Positions 18,710 through 27,865 of a stretch of DNA of 30,656 bases are shown here, piece by piece. The stretch spans positions 1 to 30,656 of the forward strand of contig JAWAQK010000029.1 of the NCBI GenBank assembly GCA_038893995.1, written 5' to 3'. The first letter of the stretch is position 1. Every line of letters starts with the position of its first letter. Both the position numbers and the translations under genes were made by a program. The notes under the pieces are model-generated. The model made no database searches and was not told the origin of the DNA. It saw only the letters and a list, made by a program, of their open reading frames with translations. The DNA is from Candidatus Thorarchaeota archaeon (GTDB taxonomy: Archaea; Asgardarchaeota; Thorarchaeia; Thorarchaeales; Thorarchaeaceae).

Positions 18710-19852
18710 GTGGGCGAAGATGAGATGATTGTGACTCCATGGGAGGTGAAGGGTAAGGTCGACTATGACCGCCTCATCCAGGAGTTTGGGATCCAGAGGA
18801 TTGACAACGCGCTAAAAGAGCGAGTATACAGTCTTGCGGGCGAGAGACACTATCTCCTCGAGAGAGACCTCATCTATGCTCATCGCGACCTAGATTGGCT
18901 ACTGGACCTTTACGAGAAAGGCGAGAAGTTCGTCATATACACAGGAAGAGGACCAAGTGGGAACGTACACATAGGTCATCTCATACCGTGGATGTTCACC
19001 AAATGGCTGCAGGACAGGTTCAACGCACGACTATACTTCCAGATGACCAATGATGAGAAGTTCTGGTTTGAAGAGGACCTGACGCTCGAGGACACAAGGC
19101 GGTACGCTCGGGAGAACGCCGTAGACCTGCTGGCACTTGGATTCAGGCCGGATAACACATTCCTCATCTTTGACGTCGAGAACATCGACATGATGTATGA
19201 ACTTGCGGTTCGAGTTGCCAAGAAGGTCACATTCTCCACTGCCAGGGCCGTCTATGGGTTTGACAACAGCATGAACATTGGCGGGATATTCTACCCCGCC
19301 ATGCAGGCGGTACCTGCCTTCCTCCACTCCTGGATATATGGCACCAGGACTCCCTGTCTCATACCCTGTGCTATTGATCAGGATCCACACTGGCGAGTCA
19401 CAAGGGACGTCGCTGAGCGACTGGGCTATTACAAGCCCGCCTCGATCGAGAACAAGTTCGTCCCTGGTCTTTCGGAGGGAGGAAAGATGTCCGCCTCGGA
19501 TCCGATGTCAGCCGTGTTTACGACCGACACCCCAAAGATGGCCCGGAAGAAGGTCATGGCCGCATTCACTGGTGGTCGTGACACAGCAGAGGAGCAGAGG
19601 CGGCTCGGGGCCAACCCAGATGTTTGCTCCGTGTTTGCCTACTACAAGTTCCTCTTCATGCCTGACAGCAGAGACCTGAGTGACATCGAGAGAAAGTGCC
19701 GATCCGGAGAGATCCTGTGTGGGGAATGCAAGCAGATACTCGCGCCTCTCATGGTGAAGTTTCTCGAGAGGCATCAGACCGCCAGAGAGGAGGTCCGGGA
19801 CAGGGTGGATGAGTTCTCGGTCGCGAGGCTCAAGGCAGACATGAGACGCTAG
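18710..19852 (+). CDS. trpS: Tryptophanyl-tRNA synthetase, archaeal/eukaryal type
   Basis: VTPWEV, YTGRGPSG, HIGH, IPCAIDQDPHWR, KMSAS and AFTGG motifs. Confidence 0.97.
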   Translation: MGEDEMIVTPWEVKGKVDYDRLIQEFGIQRIDNALKERVYSLAGERHYLLERDLIYAHRDLDWLLDLYEKGEKFVIYTGRGPSGNVHIGHLIPWMFTKWLQDRFNARLYFQMTNDEKFWFEEDLTLEDTRRYARENAVDLLALGFRPDNTFLIFDVENIDMMYELAVRVAKKVTFSTARAVYGFDNSMNIGGIFYPAMQAVPAFLHSWIYGTRTPCLIPCAIDQDPHWRVTRDVAERLGYYKPASIENKFVPGLSEGGKMSASDPMSAVFTTDTPKMARKKVMAAFTGGRDTAEEQRRLGANPDVCSVFAYYKFLFMPDSRDLSDIERKCRSGEILCGECKQILAPLMVKFLERHQTAREEVRDRVDEFSVARLKADMRR

Positions 19853-19940
19853 TTCCGCCTCCATATGGCCACAGACAACATCAACCCTGTTCCAACGCTT
19901 ACCGGCCGTAAGATGCACAGGGGTCTGATACGCATCAAGA

Positions 19941-21338
19941 TCAGTGTTGTCCCGTCTGTAACGGGACATCTGGTAGTATGGGACCCTGTTCTGTCCCACG
20001 AAGGGACCGTCTCAGCATTGCATAGCCTACTAGCGCCGAGATGAGCGAACCGATCATCACGGACTCCTCTGCAAACTGCATTGTCCTGGGATCGGGAAAC
20101 GTCAGAGACGCAAACAACGTCGATATGGTCATCGCGATACCCCCGAGACACGCAGCTCCCAGCATCATTCCCCACGTCACGTTTCTGGGCAGCCGTAGCA
20201 GCCCTGACCTGTCCATGATGAGGACAGGCATTGTTATCCCCAATGGTTTACCCACCACAAGTCCGAGTATGATGCCGACTGCAATAGGGACCGTACCTTG
20301 CGGCGCCTGGTAGTCGACGACTCTGACTCCTGTATTTGACAGAATGAACAGAGGAACGACTACGAATGCCACCCACCTCGAGAGGGTAGATTGGACCCTC
20401 TGTAGGGGAGCCTGTGCCTCGCGACAGACCGTCTCGATTGCCTTCACAGACTCGTATACTCTTGCAGCGTCGATCTCATTCTCGTCGTCCAGTCTATCGC
20501 CTACGTCCCTCACGAGTTCTTGGGCAAGGACCGTAAACTCCCTAAGATCGATTCTTGTCGAGGCTGGAATTGTTGCAGCAATGAGGACTCCGGCGACTGT
20601 TGGGTGTATCCCCGTCTCGACGAAACAGATCCATATGGCGATCGCTCCTACGACGTAGGGCAGGTAGTTTCTGACACCGAGGATGTTCAGTACGGCCAGT
20701 GATGCTATGATTGACATTGCTATGGCCAACAGGTCCAGTCTGATGGCAACCGTGTAGAATGCGGTGAGGATGAGAACACCCATGAAATCATCGGCGATGG
20801 CGAGTACTGCCATGAATACCTTCAGAGAACTGGGGACCCTCCTGCCATGGATACTCAGGACACCGAGCACAATTGCGACATCCGTGGCAGTCGGGATTGG
20901 CCATCCTCGTGCTCCCAATGTCCCTGGGGGATTGAATGCAGAGTACAGGGCTGCGGGAGCGAGGACTCCTCCGATCGCAGCAATCACGGGCTGGACGGCC
21001 GTCTTTCTATCGATCAGTTCTCCCACGAGTAACTCTCGCTTGATCTCAAGTCCTACGAAGAGGAAGAAGATGAACATCAAGAAATCAGTGGTCCAGAATC
21101 TCGTGCTGCCTCCGATAGACACACCATTGAACGACAGAACGAGCTGAGTACTCCAGACATCTTCATAGAGCTGTGACAGCGGGGAATTGGCCCAGGCAAG
21201 CGCCACGAGTATACATACGACAAGAATGAGTCCTCCGGCCGCCTCCAGCCTCATGAACTCCATCAGTGGGTTGGCTCTCTTCAGGATCTGACTTGGTAGT
21301 TTCTTCGGATAGGATCTGCCTCGTAGCGTTGTCCTCAC
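19941..21338 (-). CDS. nhaA: Na+/H+ antiporter NhaA
   Basis: EAAGG, ALAWANSP, VGLEIKRE, PTATDVA, LAIADD, GIHPTVAGV and GKPLG motifs. Confidence 0.93.
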   Translation of the reverse strand: MRTTLRGRSYPKKLPSQILKRANPLMEFMRLEAAGGLILVVCILVALAWANSPLSQLYEDVWSTQLVLSFNGVSIGGSTRFWTTDFLMFIFFLFVGLEIKRELLVGELIDRKTAVQPVIAAIGGVLAPAALYSAFNPPGTLGARGWPIPTATDVAIVLGVLSIHGRRVPSSLKVFMAVLAIADDFMGVLILTAFYTVAIRLDLLAIAMSIIASLAVLNILGVRNYLPYVVGAIAIWICFVETGIHPTVAGVLIAATIPASTRIDLREFTVLAQELVRDVGDRLDDENEIDAARVYESVKAIETVCREAQAPLQRVQSTLSRWVAFVVVPLFILSNTGVRVVDYQAPQGTVPIAVGIILGLVVGKPLGITMPVLIMDRSGLLRLPRNVTWGMMLGAACLGGIAMTISTLFASLTFPDPRTMQFAEESVMIGSLISALVGYAMLRRSLRGTEQGPILPDVPLQTGQH

Positions 21339-21468
21339 CCTGTCATCATATTCACGTCCGTGGACGTATTTGCACTATTTATAGTAGAGGTGATTTCGAC
21401 CCGGTCTGTCATCAAAACCAATAATAGTGATGACTGTCACCTCGTTGGGCGATCAGAGGTCCTTCAAG

Positions 21469-22494
21469 ATGGGAGCAGGAAACCCGATCATCTTCAAGTG
21501 TCCGGTCTGTAACGGAAATGTCCGTATCGGACCCGACGATGTTGTGATAACATGCAACTACTGCGGTAGCACGACAACTATTGAGGGCAAGGCGATCGGC
21601 GACCACCTCATGGAAACTGCAAAAGACGCCAACGAGAGACTCAAGGGCTTCAGATCATACCTTGAGAAGAACCAGGGTCTCAACAAGTCTCTCTCCAAGG
21701 CCGCTGAAGTGGTCGAGAATACCCTCATGTACGTACCTGTGTGGACTGCAAAGGTCAAGGCCGATTCCTGGTACAAGGGATACAAGACAGTACAGGTCCC
21801 CGTGCAGAAGACCGAGACCTACAGGGACTCGGATGGTCACATGCGGACTAGGACTGTCACAGAGTATCACACAGGTTATGTTCCCGTCCAGAGCGAGATA
21901 CACACCCTCACTGACGAGCCCATGCTCGCTAGGAGAGGTGCTAGGATGTACGGACTGGAAGAGTATCTGAAGACCATCGATCTCAAGGACACTGAGCGAT
22001 ACGACTTCAACAAGATAAAGGACCTCAATCCCACCGTCTTGAATGCTGAGATTGGTCAGGCTGAGTTCGAGCTGGCGGTACAGGGACGAGTGGCGGACCG
22101 GCACAGAGCACAGGCAAAGTCCGGGCTTACAGAGCTGTTTGACTGCAAGACGACAACCAGCATACATGGCACAACCTATCTGCAGGCGCCGTTCGCCCTA
22201 ATTCGATACAAGTACCAGGGGGATCTCTATAAGTGTGCCCTAGACGGCCACTCAGGCAAGGTAGTCCTCGGAGAGATCCCCATCACTAAGGGACAGAGAG
22301 TGCTGTGGACACTGATCGGTCTCATAGGCATAGTCGTGGCTGGCATCGGGGCAGAACTCTTCCTGAGTTACCTAGACGTTAGCGACGTGTACACTGTCGT
22401 CTCGGCCATACTGACAGTAGTGGGGATCATCATGGGCGTCGCGGGGTTCAGGGTACTATTCATGGCACAGCGCGAGAAGCGGGGGGTGGTGTAG
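21469..22494 (+). CDS. Zinc-ribbon protein with two C-terminal TM helices (paralog 1)
   Basis: CPVC..CNYCG, LMYVPVW, LIRYKYQG..Y...LDGHSGKVVLGEIP, two terminal TM segments; GAGGT RBS before the ATG at 21469. Confidence 0.85.
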   Translation: MGAGNPIIFKCPVCNGNVRIGPDDVVITCNYCGSTTTIEGKAIGDHLMETAKDANERLKGFRSYLEKNQGLNKSLSKAAEVVENTLMYVPVWTAKVKADSWYKGYKTVQVPVQKTETYRDSDGHMRTRTVTEYHTGYVPVQSEIHTLTDEPMLARRGARMYGLEEYLKTIDLKDTERYDFNKIKDLNPTVLNAEIGQAEFELAVQGRVADRHRAQAKSGLTELFDCKTTTSIHGTTYLQAPFALIRYKYQGDLYKCALDGHSGKVVLGEIPITKGQRVLWTLIGLIGIVVAGIGAELFLSYLDVSDVYTVVSAILTVVGIIMGVAGFRVLFMAQREKRGVV

Positions 22495-23454
22495 ATGGCA
22501 AAGTGTGCATTCTGTGACGCAGACTTCGAAACTGGTCCTGGTGATGTGTTGCTTGTCTGCCCCTACTGTGGAACCGCACAGACCTTTGAGGGTGCAAAGT
22601 TCACTAAGCACCACATGGTCCGCGTTCTCTTCTCAGCCTCTGATGCGCAGAGAAACCTACTGGACTGGATATCGAAACAGCTCGGGGTCCCGCAAGACCT
22701 CTCCACATCTGCTCACTTCACTAGGCAGGAACTCACGTTCTATCCATTCTGGGTGAGCAGCGTGGATGCGGACTCAACGTACTCAGGCCTAGGCAAGGAT
22801 GCCACCTTCCATGATCCATGGCCTCAGTATCCTGGTGCATACAAGTTCATCAAGTTCTTCTATAAGCCCGAGTCTGGTCGATTCACGAGGCGGTATGAGA
22901 TCTCGATCCCTGCCATCTCTGGCATGGATGAGAAACTGAAGAAGTTTCCAATTCCAACACGAGCCAAGGAGTTCTTCAGCCATGCGCACGCAGAGGAGCA
23001 CAATGGCAAGGTACTCCACAGCAAGATGGACGAGAAGACGGCGGTTGAGCAGGCCCGCAAGGAGGCCTACGACAGGCAGACCCAGCTGATAATGAGCGAG
23101 ATACAGAAGGTCGAGTCGAGAAACGACAACATCAATGTACGCGAGTCCTTCCTGATTCATGTGCCAGTATGGGAGCTGGAATACAGGTATGGTAGCAGAA
23201 AGTACTCCGCACTTGTGGCCGCGTCGAACGGCTATGTCATCAAGGCCAAGTATCCCCGTTCCAAGTCCTTCAGGGCTGCTGCACTGTGCTCGGGCACGTT
23301 GTTCACGCTCGCAGGTGCAGCTCTGCTCACGCTGGCGCTGGTCTTTGAGCGTCTAATCGGGGCCGGAATAGTCAGTGGTTCGATGTGTTTCGTGCTTGGC
23401 CTGATGATGCTCTACAAGGGCGTCTCCAGGAAGGAGGCTGCTGAGCAGATCTAG
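22495..23454 (+). CDS. Zinc-ribbon protein with two C-terminal TM helices (paralog 2)
   Basis: CAFC..CPYCG, LTFYPFW, HVPVWELEYRYG..Y..LVAASNG, two terminal TM segments; ATG directly follows the upstream TAG. Confidence 0.85.
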   Translation: MAKCAFCDADFETGPGDVLLVCPYCGTAQTFEGAKFTKHHMVRVLFSASDAQRNLLDWISKQLGVPQDLSTSAHFTRQELTFYPFWVSSVDADSTYSGLGKDATFHDPWPQYPGAYKFIKFFYKPESGRFTRRYEISIPAISGMDEKLKKFPIPTRAKEFFSHAHAEEHNGKVLHSKMDEKTAVEQARKEAYDRQTQLIMSEIQKVESRNDNINVRESFLIHVPVWELEYRYGSRKYSALVAASNGYVIKAKYPRSKSFRAAALCSGTLFTLAGAALLTLALVFERLIGAGIVSGSMCFVLGLMMLYKGVSRKEAAEQI

Positions 23455-23475
23455 CAGAGGCACCATACACACGGT

Positions 23476-24573
23476 CTACGAGACTGTAAGGACTTCCTGC
23501 TCATCGGGACCGTGGGCAGCAGCCAGGAGCACGGGTATCTTCGCTGTCAGAGCTCGCAGAGGCGGGCTCAGCAGTGACGATACGATATCGAGACACTCGC
23601 TGGTCTCGCCTCTGGCTATGGGCCCTGAGGCAATGGCATGTGAAACGCTGACCCTTGCGGTCCAGGGACTCAGTGCATTCTCCACGGCCTGTCTGTGAAT
23701 GTGAAGGACGATCACACGTGCGCGTCGTCCAAGACTAATCAGTCCTCTGAGTGCCGAGAACGCTACGTGGTCATATGCATGTGGCACGCCCACATCTGAC
23801 TGGCCAGAGAACACTGGTCCGTCCCTTGTCAGACCTGCCCTCAAGTAATCGACACGTGTCGGACCTGGCGCAAGCAGGACGAAGAACTCCTCACCAGGCA
23901 TGCGGGCATGGAACAGACCCGCCTCCTCCACTTCAGGTCGGTCAGCCAGTTCCAGTGTTGCATGATTGATGAAGACATTGATCGTGGTCCTATATGCGCC
24001 GGCAGTGGGTACCATCCTGCGCCTCCCGTGTCGTCCCAGTAGGCCCACAGACAACATCTGGGCCACCTGATCAAGTGAATACTCGTGGCTGAGTAGCCTC
24101 CATATCGCCTCTGCGGATGCCAGGTCCTTACTGGCTATCTTCTCCGCGACCCTGCTTACCTCTGGGTCTGATGCAAGACGGATACGTGAGGCTCTCACAT
24201 TGGGCCCTGTGGGAAGGGCACCCTGCCTGTACTCGACGTATTGTGGCTCCGTGATCTCACAGTCGGCTTCCAGGACGACAGGTTCTGCTGCCAGTGCCAG
24301 CCTCTGTAGGACTCCCACCATGTCAGAGGGTTCCATGTGCACCCCATCTACCTTCATCGTGAAACTGTATAGAGAGCGTCGCATGGCAAGAATACTCTCT
24401 CTGCTGAGGCCGTACCACGCGTCGGGATAGTTGTAGATCGCAAGGTGTCTGGATGGCTGTCTGGACACGAGCACACCGGTCAGGAACTCTGGGAACCTGT
24501 GTGGCTCCACCAGTATACCAGGGGGGGAGTACACAATCGTGGAGGTACCACGTAGAGGCTCCTGACGACTCAT
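23476..24573 (-). CDS. Divergent Nre-family (archaeal DNA repair) protein
   Basis: SPPGILV..FP, PDAWYG....I...R.SL, PTGP and LSVGLLG...RRMVPT segments are collinear with Nre; start placed at the ATG at 24573 (24582 also possible). Confidence 0.7.
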   Translation of the reverse strand: MSRQEPLRGTSTIVYSPPGILVEPHRFPEFLTGVLVSRQPSRHLAIYNYPDAWYGLSRESILAMRRSLYSFTMKVDGVHMEPSDMVGVLQRLALAAEPVVLEADCEITEPQYVEYRQGALPTGPNVRASRIRLASDPEVSRVAEKIASKDLASAEAIWRLLSHEYSLDQVAQMLSVGLLGRHGRRRMVPTAGAYRTTINVFINHATLELADRPEVEEAGLFHARMPGEEFFVLLAPGPTRVDYLRAGLTRDGPVFSGQSDVGVPHAYDHVAFSALRGLISLGRRARVIVLHIHRQAVENALSPWTARVSVSHAIASGPIARGETSECLDIVSSLLSPPLRALTAKIPVLLAAAHGPDEQEVLTVS

Positions 24574-24856
24574 GTGGTCCATTCCCTGGAGGACTGTCTT
24601 CACTGACAGCGATACCACCTCTTGCGTGCTCATACACTGGGAGAGACAAGACAAGTTGTTTGTCAGCCATCATTGTCTGTTCGTTCGTACTCGTAGAGCC
24701 CGGAGTGAGAGATGGCAGAAAGTATTCACACAGGCTGCGTCGGGGCACGGGACTGCATTGAGTTGCTGTAAGTACCGGAGGACTTCCGTCCCTTGTGCAA
24801 TCACTGTGACGGAACACGAGCACAACCGGTTTAAGGAGGGGCTCATAGGTCCTCTC

Positions 24857-25324
24857 ATGGCACAAGAGACATCCCAGATCAGGTCTCAGATAGAACAGTA
24901 CTTCAAGATCATGCGGCTGAAATACACCTGGAAGCCTGACGCCCAGTGTTATGAGCTGGCCTTCACAGAGAGAAAAGATGGCCTGCCAGTCTCTCAGACG
25001 ACAACATCTGACCCGCAGCAGTTCAACTACATGGTCCGGGTCAAGATAGGAGATGCCTGGATTCAGATCTTTGCCGACCTGTGTCCGATTGATAGAGTGC
25101 CCCGTGATAGGCTGCAGGAGCTACTGATTGATCTCATGAGATGTAACCGCGAGATACCAGAGGTATGTTTTGACTATAATGTTGACACCTCGAACATAGG
25201 CACATCTCAGGAAACGATGGTCCAGGGTCTCAATTTCGATGTCTTTCGGGCAGAGTTCTATGCTGTACCATGGGCAGTGAGATACTTCTGGTCGCACATA
25301 GCTGGAAAGTATGGTCTGTCTTAG
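24857..25324 (+). CDS. YbjN/T3SS-chaperone-like fold protein
   Basis: TTTAAG box at about 24830 then ATG at 24857; pattern of N-terminal helix, strands (VRVKIGDAWIQIFA) and LLIDLMRCN..PEVCF. Confidence 0.65.
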   Translation: MAQETSQIRSQIEQYFKIMRLKYTWKPDAQCYELAFTERKDGLPVSQTTTSDPQQFNYMVRVKIGDAWIQIFADLCPIDRVPRDRLQELLIDLMRCNREIPEVCFDYNVDTSNIGTSQETMVQGLNFDVFRAEFYAVPWAVRYFWSHIAGKYGLS

Positions 25325-26526
25325 GTCTCCTGAAGGGCCCTGAGCAGTACATCGGTCATTGCTGCATATAGTCTGTCGGGGTCTGTACTCTCGGGGAAGC
25401 CGCCGGTGTAGATATCGCCAGTCCCTCCCCCTCGTCCGCCCAGTTCCCTCAGGACCTGCTGGGTCCGGTCCATGACCGAGAGGGGAACCTGATGCGTCAA
25501 CAGCAAGAAGCCCGGCTTCTCAGATGGTACAAAGAGGAAGACCACGGTCGGTCCGTTGATCGGCATCTTCTTGACCAGGCCCCTGAGTCTGGAGAGCTCG
25601 AAACCGGGAAGGTATTCGGTGACGAACGACGCACCGGAGACTGACATCGCTCTCATCGACCTCAGCAACAGTCCCTCCGACGTGTCGAGCAGCTGTCTGT
25701 ATTTGCTCTCAGTATTCCTTGCCTTGTCAAGCACGGGACCTAGCTGTTCATATTCCAATGGGTGAGTGTGTCTTCTCTGAAGGACGACATTACAGAGCCT
25801 CGTGCAGAACGATACTGCGGTGTCGCCCGTGACGAACTCCAGTTCGGCGTGGTCGTCATGAGTCCGGAAATCGACGACCTTGAATAGGCCGATGTCACTC
25901 GTGTTGGTCACATGCGTCCCAGAACATGCTGTACGATCGTGCTTGCCGAATGAGATGACTCTCACGAATGAGTGCCTCTCCACTACGCTCTCCCTTGCCC
26001 TCACGCTCCTGTCCAGTCTGTCAGCCTCTACAATCTCGCTAGTGGACTCGATGCCCTGTGCAATCCACTCGTTGACCTTCGATTCTGCCCTGATGACATC
26101 CTCGAATCGCAGTCCCGAACATCTGACCCAGATAGTGCCGTGCCACCCGTCGATCCACAGCCGGCTGATCTCAATGTCGCTGTGATGCGTCTTCAGGGCA
26201 GAGACAAACAGGTGCTCGCCGCTGTGATTGCGCATCATGGCCCTTCTCCAGGGCATGTCAAGCAGGAACCTTGCGCTGATCCCAACTGGAGCTGGATCTC
26301 TGGACAACATGACTTCACGGTCGTTTCTGCTGGCGACGGAATGCACTGCGACGCTACCGCCATCAAACACCAATGTTCCCCTATCGCTGGCCTGACCGCC
26401 TCCCTCGGCCCGTGCGACCTCTCTGTCGACCTCTATCTCGTAGTCCGAACCTGACTTCGTACAGCCGATGACGGTGACGTCGAACTCGTCTCGCAGGGGG
26501 TCCGTCCAGTATGGTGGGATCTTCAC
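25321..26526 (-). CDS. AlaX-type alanyl-tRNA editing protein with C-terminal DHHA1 domain
   Basis: YWTDP, EGGGQASDRG, MRNHSGEH (HxxxH), ACSGTH (CxxxH) and C-terminal GGRGGG. Confidence 0.9.
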   Translation of the reverse strand: MKIPPYWTDPLRDEFDVTVIGCTKSGSDYEIEVDREVARAEGGGQASDRGTLVFDGGSVAVHSVASRNDREVMLSRDPAPVGISARFLLDMPWRRAMMRNHSGEHLFVSALKTHHSDIEISRLWIDGWHGTIWVRCSGLRFEDVIRAESKVNEWIAQGIESTSEIVEADRLDRSVRARESVVERHSFVRVISFGKHDRTACSGTHVTNTSDIGLFKVVDFRTHDDHAELEFVTGDTAVSFCTRLCNVVLQRRHTHPLEYEQLGPVLDKARNTESKYRQLLDTSEGLLLRSMRAMSVSGASFVTEYLPGFELSRLRGLVKKMPINGPTVVFLFVPSEKPGFLLLTHQVPLSVMDRTQQVLRELGGRGGGTGDIYTGGFPESTDPDRLYAAMTDVLLRALQET

Positions 26527-26594
26527 ATGTCAACATAGGCCGAAACCGATAAAACACTCACTATTCCTGGGACCCACAGCTGGGATTCAGTGAG

Positions 26595-27845
26595 ATGTTC
26601 GATTTTCTGAAGAAGGACCCTGTGGTCAAGGCTAAGAAGCACATTGACAGGGCCATGAAGGAGCTTCAGGACGGCTACCCTGACTATGCCTCCGAGGAGT
26701 ACGAGAAGGCCGCGGTTCTGTTTGTGACCGCCGAGGAGTCGGACTTTGCCATCAAGTACTTCCGAGAGGCTGCCAACTGTGCCCTTCAGAGAGATGATCA
26801 CGGTCGGGCTGCAGAGATGAAGAAGGCGGCAGCCGGTGTACTCATCTCAGAGTCCCGTTTTGAAGAGGCCGGTCTTCTCTACTCTGAGGCCTCAGATCAT
26901 TTCTATCGGGCACGTCAAGTGAGCGAGTCCGCCAGGGCCGCAGCAATTGCTGTCCTGAGTCTTCTGGCTGCGAGGAAGTTTGATGCCGCCCTGAACCTGT
27001 TTCACAAGGCCGAGAAGAGGTATGTTGGTTCAGACCGTGTCACCGAACGGATCTATGAGTTCAGCTCTCTCTGTGTGCAGATACTGTGTGAGGGCCAGGA
27101 GATTGGGATCAGTGAGTTCAACAAGGTCGCGAATGGGCTGAAGGGAAACGAGCAGGAGTCCCAGCTGTTCGAGTTCATTAGGAGGTCGGCCCAGCTCGCC
27201 CTCGAAACCCACATCCTGCTCGAGTGGGCAGGGCCGTCGCAGTCCATGGTCAGGGTCAAGTCTCCCGTTGAGTTTGAAGTACGTTACACTTGCCAGGTGC
27301 CTGTGCGAGTGTCCTCATACAAGTACTCGCTATCGTCCTCGCTCGTCATTGAGAGAGAGCCCAGGTTCGATAGAGAGCTACGGACACAGGACTCATGGCT
27401 CCTGAGAGTGCGGCCGGTCCTGAGCGGAGCAGCTCAGCTGGGCCCGTTCCGCTTCACTCTGGAGGGCGAAGAGGTACTCATCAACAAGCACACGAATGCC
27501 ATCACCTTCACTGTAGAGAGCGCGCCCCCATCTCTGGAGCTGGCGATATCTCCACCATCCCTCTTGTGTGACATTGGTGATGAGGTGGTGTTTGATGTCG
27601 TTGTGAAGAATCGTGGAGATGGACCCGCTGACAACTTCGAGATAGAGGTGTTGTTGTCACAGGGTCTGGAGATGACAGTGGGGTCAAGCCGTAGGAGCGT
27701 GCAGCATCTCGGAGTCGAGGAGAGCATTCGATTTCCAGTCTACGTACGTCCAACTTCCCGGGCCGGCGGGCTCGTCACAGTCCGTCTTCGCCTGGCGGGT
27801 CAGGACACGGAGATCACACGTACTGCCTCAGTGCGTTCTGGTTGA
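26595..27845 (+). CDS. SNAP/TPR-like alpha-solenoid fused to two Ig-like (CARDB/DUF11-like) domains
   Basis: Ala-rich helical repeats in the first ~200 aa (YASEEYEKAAVLF, RFEEAGLLYSEAS); beta-rich C-terminal half with GDEVVFDVVVKNRGDGPADN. Confidence 0.8.
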   Translation: MFDFLKKDPVVKAKKHIDRAMKELQDGYPDYASEEYEKAAVLFVTAEESDFAIKYFREAANCALQRDDHGRAAEMKKAAAGVLISESRFEEAGLLYSEASDHFYRARQVSESARAAAIAVLSLLAARKFDAALNLFHKAEKRYVGSDRVTERIYEFSSLCVQILCEGQEIGISEFNKVANGLKGNEQESQLFEFIRRSAQLALETHILLEWAGPSQSMVRVKSPVEFEVRYTCQVPVRVSSYKYSLSSSLVIEREPRFDRELRTQDSWLLRVRPVLSGAAQLGPFRFTLEGEEVLINKHTNAITFTVESAPPSLELAISPPSLLCDIGDEVVFDVVVKNRGDGPADNFEIEVLLSQGLEMTVGSSRRSVQHLGVEESIRFPVYVRPTSRAGGLVTVRLRLAGQDTEITRTASVRSG

Positions 27846-27865
27846 TCTGCCTCGACAACCTGTTC

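Noticed and set aside
24572-24856. N-terminal 95-aa extension of ORF 24572..25324, and the extension of ORF 23476..24654
   Set aside because: Both cross a divergent promoter region; internal ATGs at 24857 and 24573 fit the domain boundaries better.
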